From Cetorhinus maximus (Eukaryota), in the NCBI RefSeq assembly GCF_964194155.1, contig NC_135891.1, positions 109,864,001 through 109,928,000 on the forward strand: a stretch of DNA of 64,000 nucleotides, written 5' to 3'. Shown here piece by piece: positions 1-11,310 of this stretch (the first letter of the stretch is position 1; every line of letters begins with the position of its first letter). Made by a program: the position numbers and the translations under genes. The notes beneath the pieces are model-generated. The model ran no database searches and was not told the DNA's origin. It was given only the letters and a program-made list of their open reading frames with translations.

Positions 1-731
1 CAGAAGGCAGCTTATTAATGATACATGTGTCTGAGTTTTACCAACAAGTCAAAACAGTTACACAGAAACAAAGCTCAGATAGTCATAGTTACTATTATAA
101 ATATTTTCTCCAAACACTGGCACTGCCTCAAACAAGGAAATTGATCCATATATTCACCCTGCTTTGGAAAGCATGCTTGTCCAAATAGAGATTTGACAAA
201 TACATTAAAATCACATTCAATGGAATGAGTATCTGCTTCAGGATATGATATTTTGTTTTCTCTGCCTAAAAATGGTTTTCAAATATGATCTGATTTCTAT
301 TCCTTCTCATTATTCCATGTTCAGTCTCTACAAGATAAGATCGCGGATTTAGTGATTTTTTTCCAATTCTCGATCTTTGCAACTCTGGTCATGGATCCAG
401 ACTGATTCACTTGGTTGTAGTTCTGGTAAATCATGTACTCTATGGCATTGGCTATAGCTTCTGGTTTGATTTGGATGATAGTCATCCTCCTTCACCCTTA
501 CTTTCTCTATGTCAGTTGCTTTGAGACACGGCATAAGCGTGTGTAGGGGATCAGGAAATTGAGTCTGCTGTAGCCTTCCCATCAGAAGATCTGATGAAGT
601 TAAGCCACCTGAAGTGGTGTGAAATGGCAGCTCAACAGTACTTTTCTTCAGCAAAGCTTTCACTGTTCTCACTCCTCTTCCGGCCTCTCCATTAGCTTGT
701 GGCTTCCTGGGTGAACTAGTTGTTACACATA

Positions 732-965
732 GGGTGGAATTTTCTGCGCTCATTGGCGCCAGGCACCATGGTGGGCGTGAGCGGACAATATGGTGGGAAG
801 GACAAAAATTGGTTTCACAACGTCGTTAAACTAGTTTGTTATCATCCGCTCCGCCCGTCAATGGAGGGGTGTGTTTCCCGCCGCCACACGTCAGGAACTT
901 CATTGTAATACATCTGCATATCATTACAAGCCAAGCTCGCCAGAATCATCCCCCCAATGCTGGGT
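732..965. mobile_element. Terminal fragment of a Harbinger-type DNA transposon inside the Gypsy pol
   Basis: Starts GGGTGGAATTTT; resembles the reverse complement of the right end of the 44959-51189 element; second TIR absent. Confidence 0.6.
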
Positions 966-1747
966 CACCTGTGGAAGCGCTCACAGCCCCTCGCAATGTC
1001 ATCATTGAGAGTTAGTCCTGCTTCTTCCAAGCATTGCAACTCTGCTCTCACTCTTGCCTCATGCTCCACTGTGGCGAACCCGTGGATCAGGATGTCATCC
1101 ATGTGGCAGATAACCCTGTAAAATCTAATCCCTGTAAAACGCCTGTCATTGTTCTCTGGAAAATCTCTGATGTCGATGTAATTCCAAAGGGTAGTCAATT
1201 GAAGCAATATCTCCCGATGGTGTGATGAACGTAGTCAGTAGTTTGGATTTCCCAATCCAAAGGTAGTTGTCAGAAACCACTGTTTGCATTCAACTTTGTA
1301 AAAATTGTGGTTTTTGCTAGCTTTGCCAGACTCTCATCCACAGACCCCATTGGGTAGATCTCACTTTCCACTGCTTTGTTTAAGTGTGTGAGGTCCACAT
1401 AGATTCATATTGAGCCATTTGGTTTCAGTACTGGAACTATACCTGAACATCAACTTATAGGTCCGGTTACAGGTGAGATGACTCCCTGATGCAGCATTGA
1501 CTAAATTTCTAGTTTCACCTTCTGTAAAAGTGGGGGCGGGGAACTTTCCTTGGGGTGAACAAGCACACTGGTTTTGCGTCTGGTCTCAATGTGATGCGAT
1601 AGGCTGTTTTCAGCTTCTCCAAACCTCTGAATAATTTTGGAAATTCTTTCCTGAATTTTGTCATTTTTTTCTTGGCTTCCCAATTGATCTACTTTGTAGA
1701 TGAGCTGTGGGTCCGTGCAAGTTTTTCAACATTTATGAACACTCCAA

Positions 1748-2444
1748 GGGCTGAATTTTACGTTGATCAGGAGGGCGCGCACCCGACCCGATCAGGCGTG
1801 AAATCGCACGAGATGATGTCGAGCAAGCGTCCCGAGGTCATCATGTACTCATGCGATATTTTGCTCAGCAGGCATGTGCAGAAACCGAAGCGTGTCTGAC
1901 GACAATTAAGAGGACAATTAAGCCCACTATCAGCGCAATTGTCTGCTATTTTTCGTCGCCCGTCCAACCTTACAGCTGGCAGACGGGCAAATCACCCAGG
2001 CGGCCTTTACATTTTTCTTGGAATCTCATCCAAGGGCAGGATGAAGTTTCCGTTATGAAATAAAATTAAAATAAAAATCGGTGGGCAACATTTTTAATCA
2101 TCTATATTTTCAGATGCCTGATTGTGATGCTCAGGCATTTTTTCCCTGCTTTTTAAAATTTTATTGGAATATTTTCGGGTCTGCAGCTCCCTGAGGCAGC
2201 TCTTTGCCATCAGGGAGCTTTCTCTCAGCACTTGTCCGCGCCCATGTTGACGTCGTCGCCCACGCTCCTCCTGCCCCCACCCTGGCAGCGCTGAGCTTTT
2301 CAGCGTGCCCTTCACATTGGCTGGCCGTTAATTAGTCAGCCAGCATGAAATCGCGGTCAGGGGCCAATCGCAGTTGACGGTCCATTTCCCGGCCAATCCC
2401 GGGCCCACTGATCCCGCCCGCCCGCCGAGCTAAAAATTCAGGCC
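1748..2444 (-). mobile_element. ~700-bp Harbinger-type MITE, opposite orientation to most copies
   Basis: TIRs GGGCTGAATTTT / AAAATTCAGGCC; family internal motifs; splits the Gypsy between protease and RT; no clean TSD. Confidence 0.85.
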
Positions 2445-3669
2445 TTGGTTTTGGATAATATGCAAAGTTTCCGTGATTTCACTTCCTTTGTACTGAAGTT
2501 TAGCAGTCAACTGTCCCTCGACCTTCAATTGAATGCCTCCCAGACCATGAAGTTGTATGGTCGATGGGTGGAGGAAGCCTTGCTTTTGCCATTGTTCTGT
2601 GCCTGAAAGAATTGAAACTCCTGCTCCAGAGTTGAATTTGAAGTTTGTTTTATGTCCATGGACCCTAAAGTCTGTGCTCCAATAGTTCCCATCTGAGCCT
2701 GTAATTTCTCCCAAGAGTGACACTTCATTTTCATTTTCGTCTTCAGCCTTTTGAATGCCACATAATTTTAGTTGTTCCTCCTTTAATTTTTGTGTTAGGG
2801 GCTTTTTGCTGCAGCATATCGATTTAAAATGTCCTCTCCTCTACAAGAATGACTCTGCATTTTTGGCGGGGCTTTCTTCATGCCAGCGCAGCCTTTTCCT
2901 GCAACAGCGAGAACATTGAATAATGGCAGCTACCGTGCACTCTTCACTCTTTTGCTGTTTTGGATCAGGTGCACTGTGTCCTACAAATTGCATAGTGTCA
3001 GCTGTTTTTCTCCACTTGATCTCTCTGTCGCCTCAAATAGATATCGGACTTTGTTTCCTCACTTCTGCCAACCTTGTTAACTGCACAGCCATAGGGTCTT
3101 ACACAGCAGAAAATCTGAGAGTCCTACAACAATGCAATCCTGAATTAATTCACCTTTCACGGCTCTACGTTTGCAATTCTCAGCTAGTCAATATAAATTG
3201 TTAATGAAGAAATCTGCACTCTCTCCTGGCCTTTAGTTACATCTATTGAACTTCGCCCTTTTATAATGGTGTTTCTTCTAAAGTTAAAATAGGTATCAAA
3301 AGCTTCAACCTCTTTGTATATCGCCGTTTCTTTGTTTATGCCCTGTTTGACCATTAGCACTGCTTCCTATGGTATACTGAAGGGCACTCACCTGTTCCTT
3401 GCTAATCTTCTCCGCTAGTTCTGAAGGTGTTCTGCATCTGGTAGGCCTACAACACCAGTCCTACCACTTTCTGGCTTGATCCAGGCCTTCCATGTGATTG
3501 AAGCACTCTGGTAAAGGTAGTATTTCTCTATGGCTTTACCTTTTATTAAACATTATACTATGTACAGTAATCTACATAGAACTATCTCTTAGCATACTCT
3601 GTTATCATGTGATCTTACATCAATGATGATGTAGAGTATCTATTTACATATTTAACATCTAACCCATTT

Positions 3670-3762
3670 ACCCAAGTCTACTTCAGCTAGAACAGGGTTT
3701 GAACCTGTGCTGCTGGCATTAATCTGAGCCACATGCTAGTCATCTAGCCAACTGAGCCAACT
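3670..3762 (-). mobile_element. tRNA-derived SINE head fragment
   Basis: Minus strand TGGCTCAGTTGG (A box) ... GGTTCAAACCC (B box). Confidence 0.55.
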
Positions 3763-4799
3763 AACCATGCCCATTCCTCCAGTGCCCCTCCTGGGTCTCC
3801 ACCCCAACCCAGTTTTACTGGATCCCAAAGTCCAGCTTACTGTAGATGGCACCCATGTTGCTTTACAAACTATGAAAGAAAATCCTCTCAACCTCCTCAC
3901 CAGGAAAGGATTCCACTCTTTGAATGTACAGACCATGAGTATATGACAGCATCGGAGGCAGAAGTGTGATAATGACTATCACTCTAAAGAGTCCTCAGTG
4001 ACTCCATAAGGGATGCAACCAATCACTGGAGTTTTCTTTTCTACTTACATTTTAGCATTGTGTCATGGACAGAACTTGTGCATTCCTTTTTACTTACCAT
4101 GATCAAGACATTTGCATGTAAGGAGTGTGTGTTTTCTAACCCTCGGAGTGATTGTACTAATTAAATGATTCCAGCAGCAAGCTTTTTTTGTGAGTTTATG
4201 TATAAATATACAAATCTCAAGGCCTCATCATCGAGACACCTGAAGAACCCATGTTACAACAGGCAGTGCCCCTGTCTCTGAGCCAGAAGCTCTAGGTACA
4301 AGTCCTACTCCAGGAGTTGTTGGCCACGGAAGGAGCGTTCATGGCGAAGTTCAAATGTTTGATAATCAGCCTACTAATCCTTCCAAGGGAACAAAATTGT
4401 TTGCAAAGGTATGAAACGAGAAGAGAACGGAGAGCACTGAAAAGCAAAAAACTTAAACTGTCAGGAGTTGCCTATTTGAAAACTAGAATGAGTTTCTCTA
4501 ATTGAGCGCACTGTAAGCCAGCATAAACAGTACTGTATTAACAGTGATGTGGGAGATTCTGATTTGATCCATTTGTAAACTGTGTATGCCCATTAAAGAC
4601 CAAACATAAAGAATGGTTATAATTTGCACCGATGAACATTAAACAAACAGTACGGTTACAGAGATCACCTTTTCACACCTCTCTCATGTATCCAAGCCAC
4701 CTGTTAACACTTGGTCGGAACTTACCTTTTTTAGTGGGTGATACCTTCTGCTCCCACGCCCTTATTGGAACTCTTCAAACAAGATGTAGAACACCAAAA

Positions 4800-5330
4800 G
4801 ATCACCAGGTGTATACAGCTAAGGGAGGATATTCAGCCCAGCCTACTCATCCAGCCTCTCTACCAGCAATCTTGTGCACCCAGGTGGCCCTAGAGTGGTT
4901 TCCCAGTTTGTCCACTAAATATTTGAGGCCTTCCAGGAATGGTAAGCACAGCAGGATGTCAAGTGTGTTGTTGACCATGAGAATGAGATGGAAATTTTAC
5001 TTTGTCCGTCTTTCAGGTTAATTGGACTAGCTGGAAGAAGTGTTTTAAGGTTGAGGGGGGAATTGTGTGTGCTGTTTCCGGTCTGGGTAATACTCAGTTA
5101 CCCAGTGCAACACTTTCTGGTTCGATTTAAATTGCCCCATCCTACTCATTCATCCAAAACCTCTGTCTGCCTCCCCTCTCCCTGTCACACCACGCAACAG
5201 GCCCTTCACTGATTCTCAATGGTTTTGCCTCCATTATTCTTCTTGGAAACCTAATGCAAACATTGATTACTCTTAATGTAAAGGAATTATTCCCGGCTTC
5301 AAACCTATGACTCTTATCCAACCACATAAT
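4800..5330 (-). mobile_element. Old CR1-like LINE 3' remnants
   Basis: Minus peptide NNSFTLRVINVCIRFPRRIMEAK resembles the CR1 C-terminus KNFFTQRVVGIRNSLPERVVEAE seen at 28.5 kb. Confidence 0.5.
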
Positions 5331-5344
5331 TTATTCTGGAAATA

Positions 5345-7170
5345 ATGCTCCATTCGAAAGACAAGGCTGAAGTTTTTGCAACCATCTTCAGCCAGAAGTG
5401 CCGAGTGGATGATCCATCTCAACCTCTTTCTGAGTTCCTCAGCATCACAGATGCCAGTTGTCAACCAATTCGATTCATTGCACATGATATCATCTGCCAT
5501 AATCTTTCAGTCTTCCTTAGACTCATGGGCGGTGCCAGAGGACTGGAGAATTGCAAACATTATGCCCTTCTTCAGGAAAGGGTGTAAGGATAAGTCCAGC
5601 TACTACAGACCAGTCAGTTTAACTTTGGCTGTGGGGAAATTTCTAGAAGCTATAATTCAGGGCTGAAAGGGCAAATGCGGGTTAATTAGGAGAGCTGCAT
5701 GGATTTCTTAAGGGGAAATCATGCTTAACTAACTTGCTGGAGTTTTTTGAAGAGGTGACAGAGATGGTTGACAAGGGCAATGCTGTTGATGTGGTGTACA
5801 TGGGCTTCCAAAAGGCAGTTGATACAGTGCCGCACAACAGATGTGTGAGAAAAGTTATAGCTCATGGAATAAAAGGGAAAGTAGCAATATGGACGCAAAA
5901 TTGGCTGAGTGACAGGAAACAGAGAGTAATGGTTAATGGGTATTTTTCGGGCTAGAGGGAAGTTTGTAGTGGAGTTCTGTTAATTGGAATTGGGACCCTT
6001 GCTTTTCCTGATTATATATGTATATGTATATATAATGATCTAGACCTTGAAGTACAGGGAACAATTCCAAAATTTGCAGATGATACAAAACTCGTAAGGA
6101 TTGTAATTGTGAGGAGGATAGTGTGGAATTTCTAAAGGACATAGACAAGTTGATGGAATGGCCGGATAGATGGCAGATGAAGTTCAATGCGGAGAAATGT
6201 GAAGTGATACATTTTGGTAGGAAAAACATGTAGAGACAGTATAAAATAAAGGGTACCACTCTTAAGGAGGTGCAGGAGTAGAGGGACCTGGGTGTATCTG
6301 TATAAAAGCCTTTAAAGGTGGCAGGACAGGTTCAGAGAGCAGTTAATAAAGCATACTGTAAACTAGGCTTTATTAATAAGGGCATAGAGTACGAGAGCAA
6401 GGAAGTTTATGTTGAACTTGTATAAAACACTAATTAGGCCTCAGCTGGAGTATTGTGTACAGTTCTGGGTGCCACGTTTGTGGTAGGACGTGGAGGCATT
6501 GGAGAGAGTGAAGAAGAGGTTTACGAGAATGGTTCCAGGGATGAAAACCTTCAGTTACGAAGGTAGATTGGCGAAGTTGGGACTCTTTTCCTTGGAGAAA
6601 AGAAAGTTGAGAGGAGATTTGATTGAAGTATTCAAAATCATGAGGGGTCTGCACAGAGTAGACAGGGAGAAACTGTTTCCACTCATACAAGGGTCAAAAA
6701 AAAAGAGGGCACAGATTTAAAGTAATTGACAAAAGAAACAAAAGCGATATAAGAAAAAAAACTTTTTCACGCAGCAAGTGGTTATAATGTCTGGAATTAA
6801 CTGCCTGAGAGTGTGTCGGAGGCAGGTTCAATCTAGGCATTCAAGAGGGAATTAGATGAATATTTGAAAAGAAACAATCTGCAGGGTTACGGGGAGAAGA
6901 CAGGAGAATAGCACCAGGTGAAATGCTCATTCGGAGAGCCAGTGCCGACACAATGGGCTGAATGGCCTCCTTCCATGCTGTAACAATTCTGTGATTCTGT
7001 GATATCAGAAACAACTGAATGTGGTGGATAGAGCAAAGGTTATGGGCTCTCACAGCATTCCATAGGATTGAAGATTTGTGCTCTAGGACTAGCTGTGTCC
7101 CTAGCCAAGCTGTTCCAGTACAACAACAACACTGGCATCTACCCGACAATGTGAAGTTGCATCTCAAGGA
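5345..7170 (+). mobile_element. Internal fragment of a second CR1-group LINE family ('family B'), split by a CR1 insertion
   Basis: KDKAEVFATIFSQKCRVDD (5345-5490) continues at 7000-7170; colinear with the uninterrupted copy at 15440-16190. Confidence 0.8.
5493..6999 (+). pseudogene. 5'-truncated CR1 LINE (RT and 3' UTR), frameshifted
   Basis: VPEDWRIANIMPFFRKG..YRPVSLT; DVVYMGFQKAVDTVPH; KFADD; ATTCTGTG-type tail; flanked by TGATATCA direct repeats (5485-5492, 7000-7007). Confidence 0.93.
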
Positions 7171-7539
7171 TGTGAGACCCCCAATAGACGCTTTAAGTCT
7201 TTCTCAAGATGTGCTTTTTTTTTTCTTTATTCTTTCCTGGATGTGGTTGTCACTGGCAAGGCCAGCATTTGTTGACCATCCCTGGCTTGCTAGGCCTGAG
7301 CAATCATGCCTCAGGAGGCTCAGTTTTCATGGCAGGTCACTGCTAACATCTGCAGTGCCCCTGTGAAGCAGGTGAGTGTACATTGCCAGTGACTGGCAAA
7401 GTTCCATGTCATGGAAGACCAAACCCCCACCACCCTCCCCCACCCCACCCCACCGAATCTCTGCGTTTCACTAAGCGTGTATGCTCTCTTCTCCTGCAAA
7501 GAGAAAAAGCAAAGAGGTGTGAGCATTAGTAATGGCTTG

Positions 7540-8858
7540 TGTTATGACCATGTGAGGAGGGGTAAAAATTACTCTCTTATTTTTACCACTCCAAGTCAGA
7601 TAGTAACAGAGGTTTTGTGAATTTAGTGAGTATGTGCTTTGTCAATATTGCAGTAGTCCCACTAAGTACACTTTCAGATTATAGGGGATTAATCAGACAG
7701 GTTTTCTGAGTTTAAACAACAGGGGAGGTGGCGGCATTGTGGTATTATCACTGGGCTAGTATTCCAGAGGCCTGCTCTGGGGACCTGGGTTTGAATGCCA
7801 CCATGGCAGAGGGTGAATTTTGATTTCAGTAAACTAAATCTGGAACTAAGAGTCTGGTGATAACTTCAAAATCATTGCTGATTGTCATAAAAACACATTT
7901 GGCTCACTAATGTCCTTTAGCAAAGGAAGTATGTTGTCCTTACCTGGTCTGGCCTACATGAGACTGCATCTCAAGTGCCTTCTGAACAAGGACAATTAGG
8001 GATGGGCAATAAATCCTGGCCTAGCCAGCAACACCCACATTCCATGACTGAATAAAAAAACAAGATAAGTTTATTGACACTACTTCCCAAATTAAAAAAT
8101 AATAGGTAAATTGTAACCACCGTTCATATGTCACATACATTCCCTGGGCCAACACACAAACTAATACAAATATAGAATAAAGGGCTTAAAGGTTTTTACA
8201 GTTCACGAAAAAGATAAACAATCAAAGGAATATATGGTTAACTGTCCTTTGGCTCATCTCAAGGCAGTGATTCCATGTTGCAGCCGTTTTGTTCAGTTAC
8301 CTTCCTGGGTGTAGTTGTACGGAGCAGATTTTCACATTTTATTCCGAAAAGATTTTGGCTTGCAGTAGATGTCTCTTCTCAGGATTGTCAGTTTGCAAAT
8401 CTCGGCGCAATACTTTCAAGAGAGATGGAGAGAGAGAAAGACAGTTTCATTGCAACCTTTCAGTATAGCATTCTGATCTCTCTGGCTTGGTAAACAGTTC
8501 TTAAAAGTCCTGCTGGCTGTACATTCCAGAGGAATTCGATTACCCTGTCTGCTGTAGTCATTGAATTGCAGAACAGGTGAGTGCATTTTGATGTCTCATC
8601 TCAGAAGCTTTTGAAGAGTTTCAGGATAGTGAGAAAGCCAACAGGAGATTGAGTCTTTCACTCTCCCCGGGCGGTTTGGGTGTCTGTTCATTTTTCATCC
8701 CACTTGGATAGAATGCAAGTTGTATATTCTGGCTAGCTACCAGTCCTCCATTGTCTTAATAGGATTACAGTTTAGTGTTTTTTTTTTAACTCCACCTAGA
8801 GAAAGGAGAAATAGAAATTTTATCTTTTTTCTTTCAAAAAAAGCACAGCTTTGTAACA
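7540..8858 (-). mobile_element. Solo LTR
   Basis: TGTTA...TAACA termini, exact 4-bp TSD CTTG (7536-7539, 8859-8862), minus-strand AATAAA. Confidence 0.8.
7722..8060 (+). mobile_element. tRNA-derived SINE with family-B LINE 3' tail, inserted in the solo LTR
   Basis: A box-like TGGCGGCATTGTGG, B box-like GGTTTGAATGCC; tail GGGATGGGCAATAAATCCTGGCC..GAATAAAAAAA matches the LINE 3' end at 62700-62778. Confidence 0.85.
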
Positions 8859-10382
8859 CTTGTGTGTGAATAGCAGGAAAGGACAACATGTCTGGAGCAT
8901 GACTGTGGAGCGTGGATGCGAGGGCAATAGGATGAGAGTGAGTTTGAGTGTTGAATGGTCAGATGGGGATGTGAGGTGCCTGGGGAGAGAGAGGAGTGAC
9001 TGGGGCTTCAAGGTGTGTTGTCCTGATGAGCAGTGCTGTGCAGGAGAATGCTGATAAAGGCTGTGCATGGACTCGGCACCCGAGAGTGTCATGCCACTTA
9101 CCTTTCCCACCCTCCTGAGGTCCTGGATCCTCAGAATGCACTGTATCCAGGTTGGAGGGGACGCATTCTTGCCGCTGACTTCCTTGGCACTTAGCTCATT
9201 TCACCACAGCCCCTTAGACCCCTCAGCAGGATGTCTAGGTAAGAGTGAGAGACCTGGGGAGCAGCCTTTCCAGGTCTCCTGTCCATGTTGTATCCTCAAA
9301 GATCCATACACAGTTGAGCTGTTGCAATCCATGCCATGGTCCCTTTAATTAAAAATTCCTCCCTGATAGAATCGACATATCATCCCACCTGCCCTCCATC
9401 ATAGGCCAGGGGACCTGGAGGCAGGATGCCAATGTCATGGCTCAGTTAAAGAGCCTCAATAAAGCCCACTAAATCTGGCAGGAGGTTCCAATGATCCTGT
9501 CACCTTGGCAGGGACTAAATTCAAGAAATTCCACCCATGGACTCTCACCCCTCAGAAAAAATGGATGTTCCAGGTGAAAAAAATTGGGCATGGACCTCTG
9601 CACTGCCAATTTGTTTAACCTTGTGCCCATTTTAGGCCCATAAAACAGGGGGGACAATGTCAAATTTAGACTTCACAGTTTCTTTATGCAGATGATCTGA
9701 AGGACACGTTTCAACCATCTTTAGGACATTTAGTAAATTCAACTTGTTGTTGGTATGCTGCTAGTTACTGCTGTTTCATTGTTGGTAAGTATGTGTACTT
9801 AGATGGCCCTCTGAGCAGACCCTCTGTGACCAGTGTATTGATTAGAGCTACTTGAATAACCTTCAAAGGTATCTAGAAGAAGGCAAAAGCACACAACGTT
9901 AATAGCTATAGTCATCTTCATGGCTACTTGTAAAGCAACTGTAATTGCAAATTGAGTGTCTAACACTGTAGTTCTCGACATAGGTCAGTCAGAAGTCGTT
10001 TACTCAATCTACTTCTGCTCAGGCACTCAATTTCAGAGGAAGAACCAAATAATTAGATCCTTGATAGTAAATTCTCTTGGGTGGCTTTGGTCTTCCCTTC
10101 TGTTTAGCATTTGTCCTGCAACTGGTGCTGAGATTAATAACACTGCTGTAATGCTAGAGTGGTATTTAGGTGGAAAACTATAAATGCATTTTGGGTTTAA
10201 TTTATAATTTTGTGTTGTAAGGACAAAATTTGCTGCTCCTATTGTTAGTTATTGGTTTCGCTAGCTCTTAATAAGTTCAATACTAGTCGTTATCACTACT
10301 AGAAAGTCCAGCCAATTGTTTCAAGAAAGGAGGTGCCTGCAATTACATTTAGTTCTTAACAGTGAAGGAATGGCTTTTGCCA

Positions 10383-10456
10383 TTCACCTTAGCTCAGATG
10401 ATTAGGATGTGGGGTTAATAACGCCAAGGTTGCGGGTTCGAACCCTGTACTGGTCA
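10383..10456 (+). pseudogene. tRNA-Ile(AAT) pseudogene, copy 1
   Basis: TTAGCTCAG...TAATAACGCCAAGGTTGCGGGTTCGAACCCTGTACTGGTCA matches vertebrate tRNA-Ile-AAT; 5' acceptor strand and D arm are mutated. Confidence 0.85.
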
Positions 10457-10583
10457 TGAGATTTACCTGCGTTGAAGCAGGCAAGTGGCTGATTCTGTTC
10501 AATTGCTGTCACAAGATGGCAGCATTTAAAATAGGGCCATCAACACCTAAAGCAGCGCGTGGCTTCTTGCAAAATTTCTACCG

Positions 10584-10657
10584 GGCACTGTGAGGCAATT
10601 GGTTAGCGTGTACAGCGGTTAGCCGAAAGGTCAGTGTTACGAGACCACCCAGGGACG
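10584..10657 (+). pseudogene. tRNA-Asn(GTT) pseudogene
   Basis: CTGTGAGGCAATTGGTTAGCG..GTTAGCCGAAAGGT..CCACCCAGGGACG matches vertebrate tRNA-Asn-GTT; B box degraded to GTTACGAGACC. Confidence 0.85.
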
Positions 10658-10884
10658 AAGCATTCGCTATTTCCTTACCATCAGCATACATTGTCACTCA
10701 GTTCTGGATTTTCATTAGGTGCTTGATCAACAAGAATATATCTCCCAAACATTGGCAGCTCCACTGTAATCCAGTAAGTTCCTACTAGTCATTATCACTA
10801 CTAGAAAGTCCAGCCAATGGTTTAAAGAATGGAGGTGCTTGCAATTACATTTAGTTCTCAACAGTGAAGGAATGAATTTTGCCG

Positions 10885-10958
10885 TTCACCTTAGCTCAGA
10901 TGATTAGGATGTGGGGTTAATAATGCCAAGGTCGCGGGTTCGATCCCTGAACTGGTCA
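10885..10958 (+). pseudogene. tRNA-Ile(AAT) pseudogene, copy 2
   Basis: Same as copy 1, with intact GGTCGCGGGTTCGATCCC T arm; shares the broken acceptor stem. Confidence 0.85.
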
Positions 10959-11310
10959 CGAGATTTACCTGTGTCAAAGCAGGCAAGTGGCTGATTCTGT
11001 TCAATTGCTGTCACAAGATGGCAGCATTTAAAATAAGGCCATCAACACCCGTAGCAACGCATGGCTTCTTGCAAAATTTCTGCTACAACTGCCTGCAGAC
11101 TTTTCATAGGCTTGTTAACGGAGGTTTTCTACAAATCTGTATCTGTTTCAATGTGGCATCCTCTAAAGGGGACTTGTGGCATCAGTAAATAGGGCAACCC
11201 AACAGAGAGACTCACTGAGACACGCAGAGTCCAAAACAGGAAGTATAGAGCGTGGAATATAAATAGATTTAAATAATTAGGGAAAACAAAATAAAGAATG
11301 GGGTACACAA

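Larger units (their letters stand above)
340..3657 (-). mobile_element. Degraded Gypsy/Ty3 LTR retrotransposon (5' LTR remnant ~3540-3657, gag, protease, RT, integrase C-terminal part), interrupted by two Harbinger-type inserts
   Basis: Integrase-like TSSPRKPQANGEAGRGVRTVKALLKK (349-753); RT CHMDDILIHG (965-1207); protease-like FKFNSGAGVSIL (2430-2723, catalytic D appears as N); minus strand begins TGTTAA at 3657 with AATAAA downstream; many stops/frameshifts; RNaseH and integrase N-terminus missing. Confidence 0.85.
7290..9536 (-). mobile_element. Degraded Harbinger derivative with Myb/SANT-like gene remnants, interrupted by a solo LTR
   Basis: Minus ATG at 9286 gives MDRRPGKAAP.. with a later GTAAGT donor near 9100; TIR-like GAAATTCCACCC ending 9536; both halves align with 53040-53720. 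Confidence 0.65.
10272..11082 (+). repeat. Tandem duplication, period 502 bp (about 1.6 units), carrying tRNA pseudogenes
   Basis: TACTAGTC.TTATCACTACTAGAAAGTCCAGCCAAT at 10281 and 10783; similarity runs ~300 bp to AAAATTTCT. Confidence 0.92.

Noticed and set aside
10383-10958. Functional tRNA genes
   Set aside because: Acceptor stems do not pair, the Asn B box is broken, and no clear T-run terminators follow.
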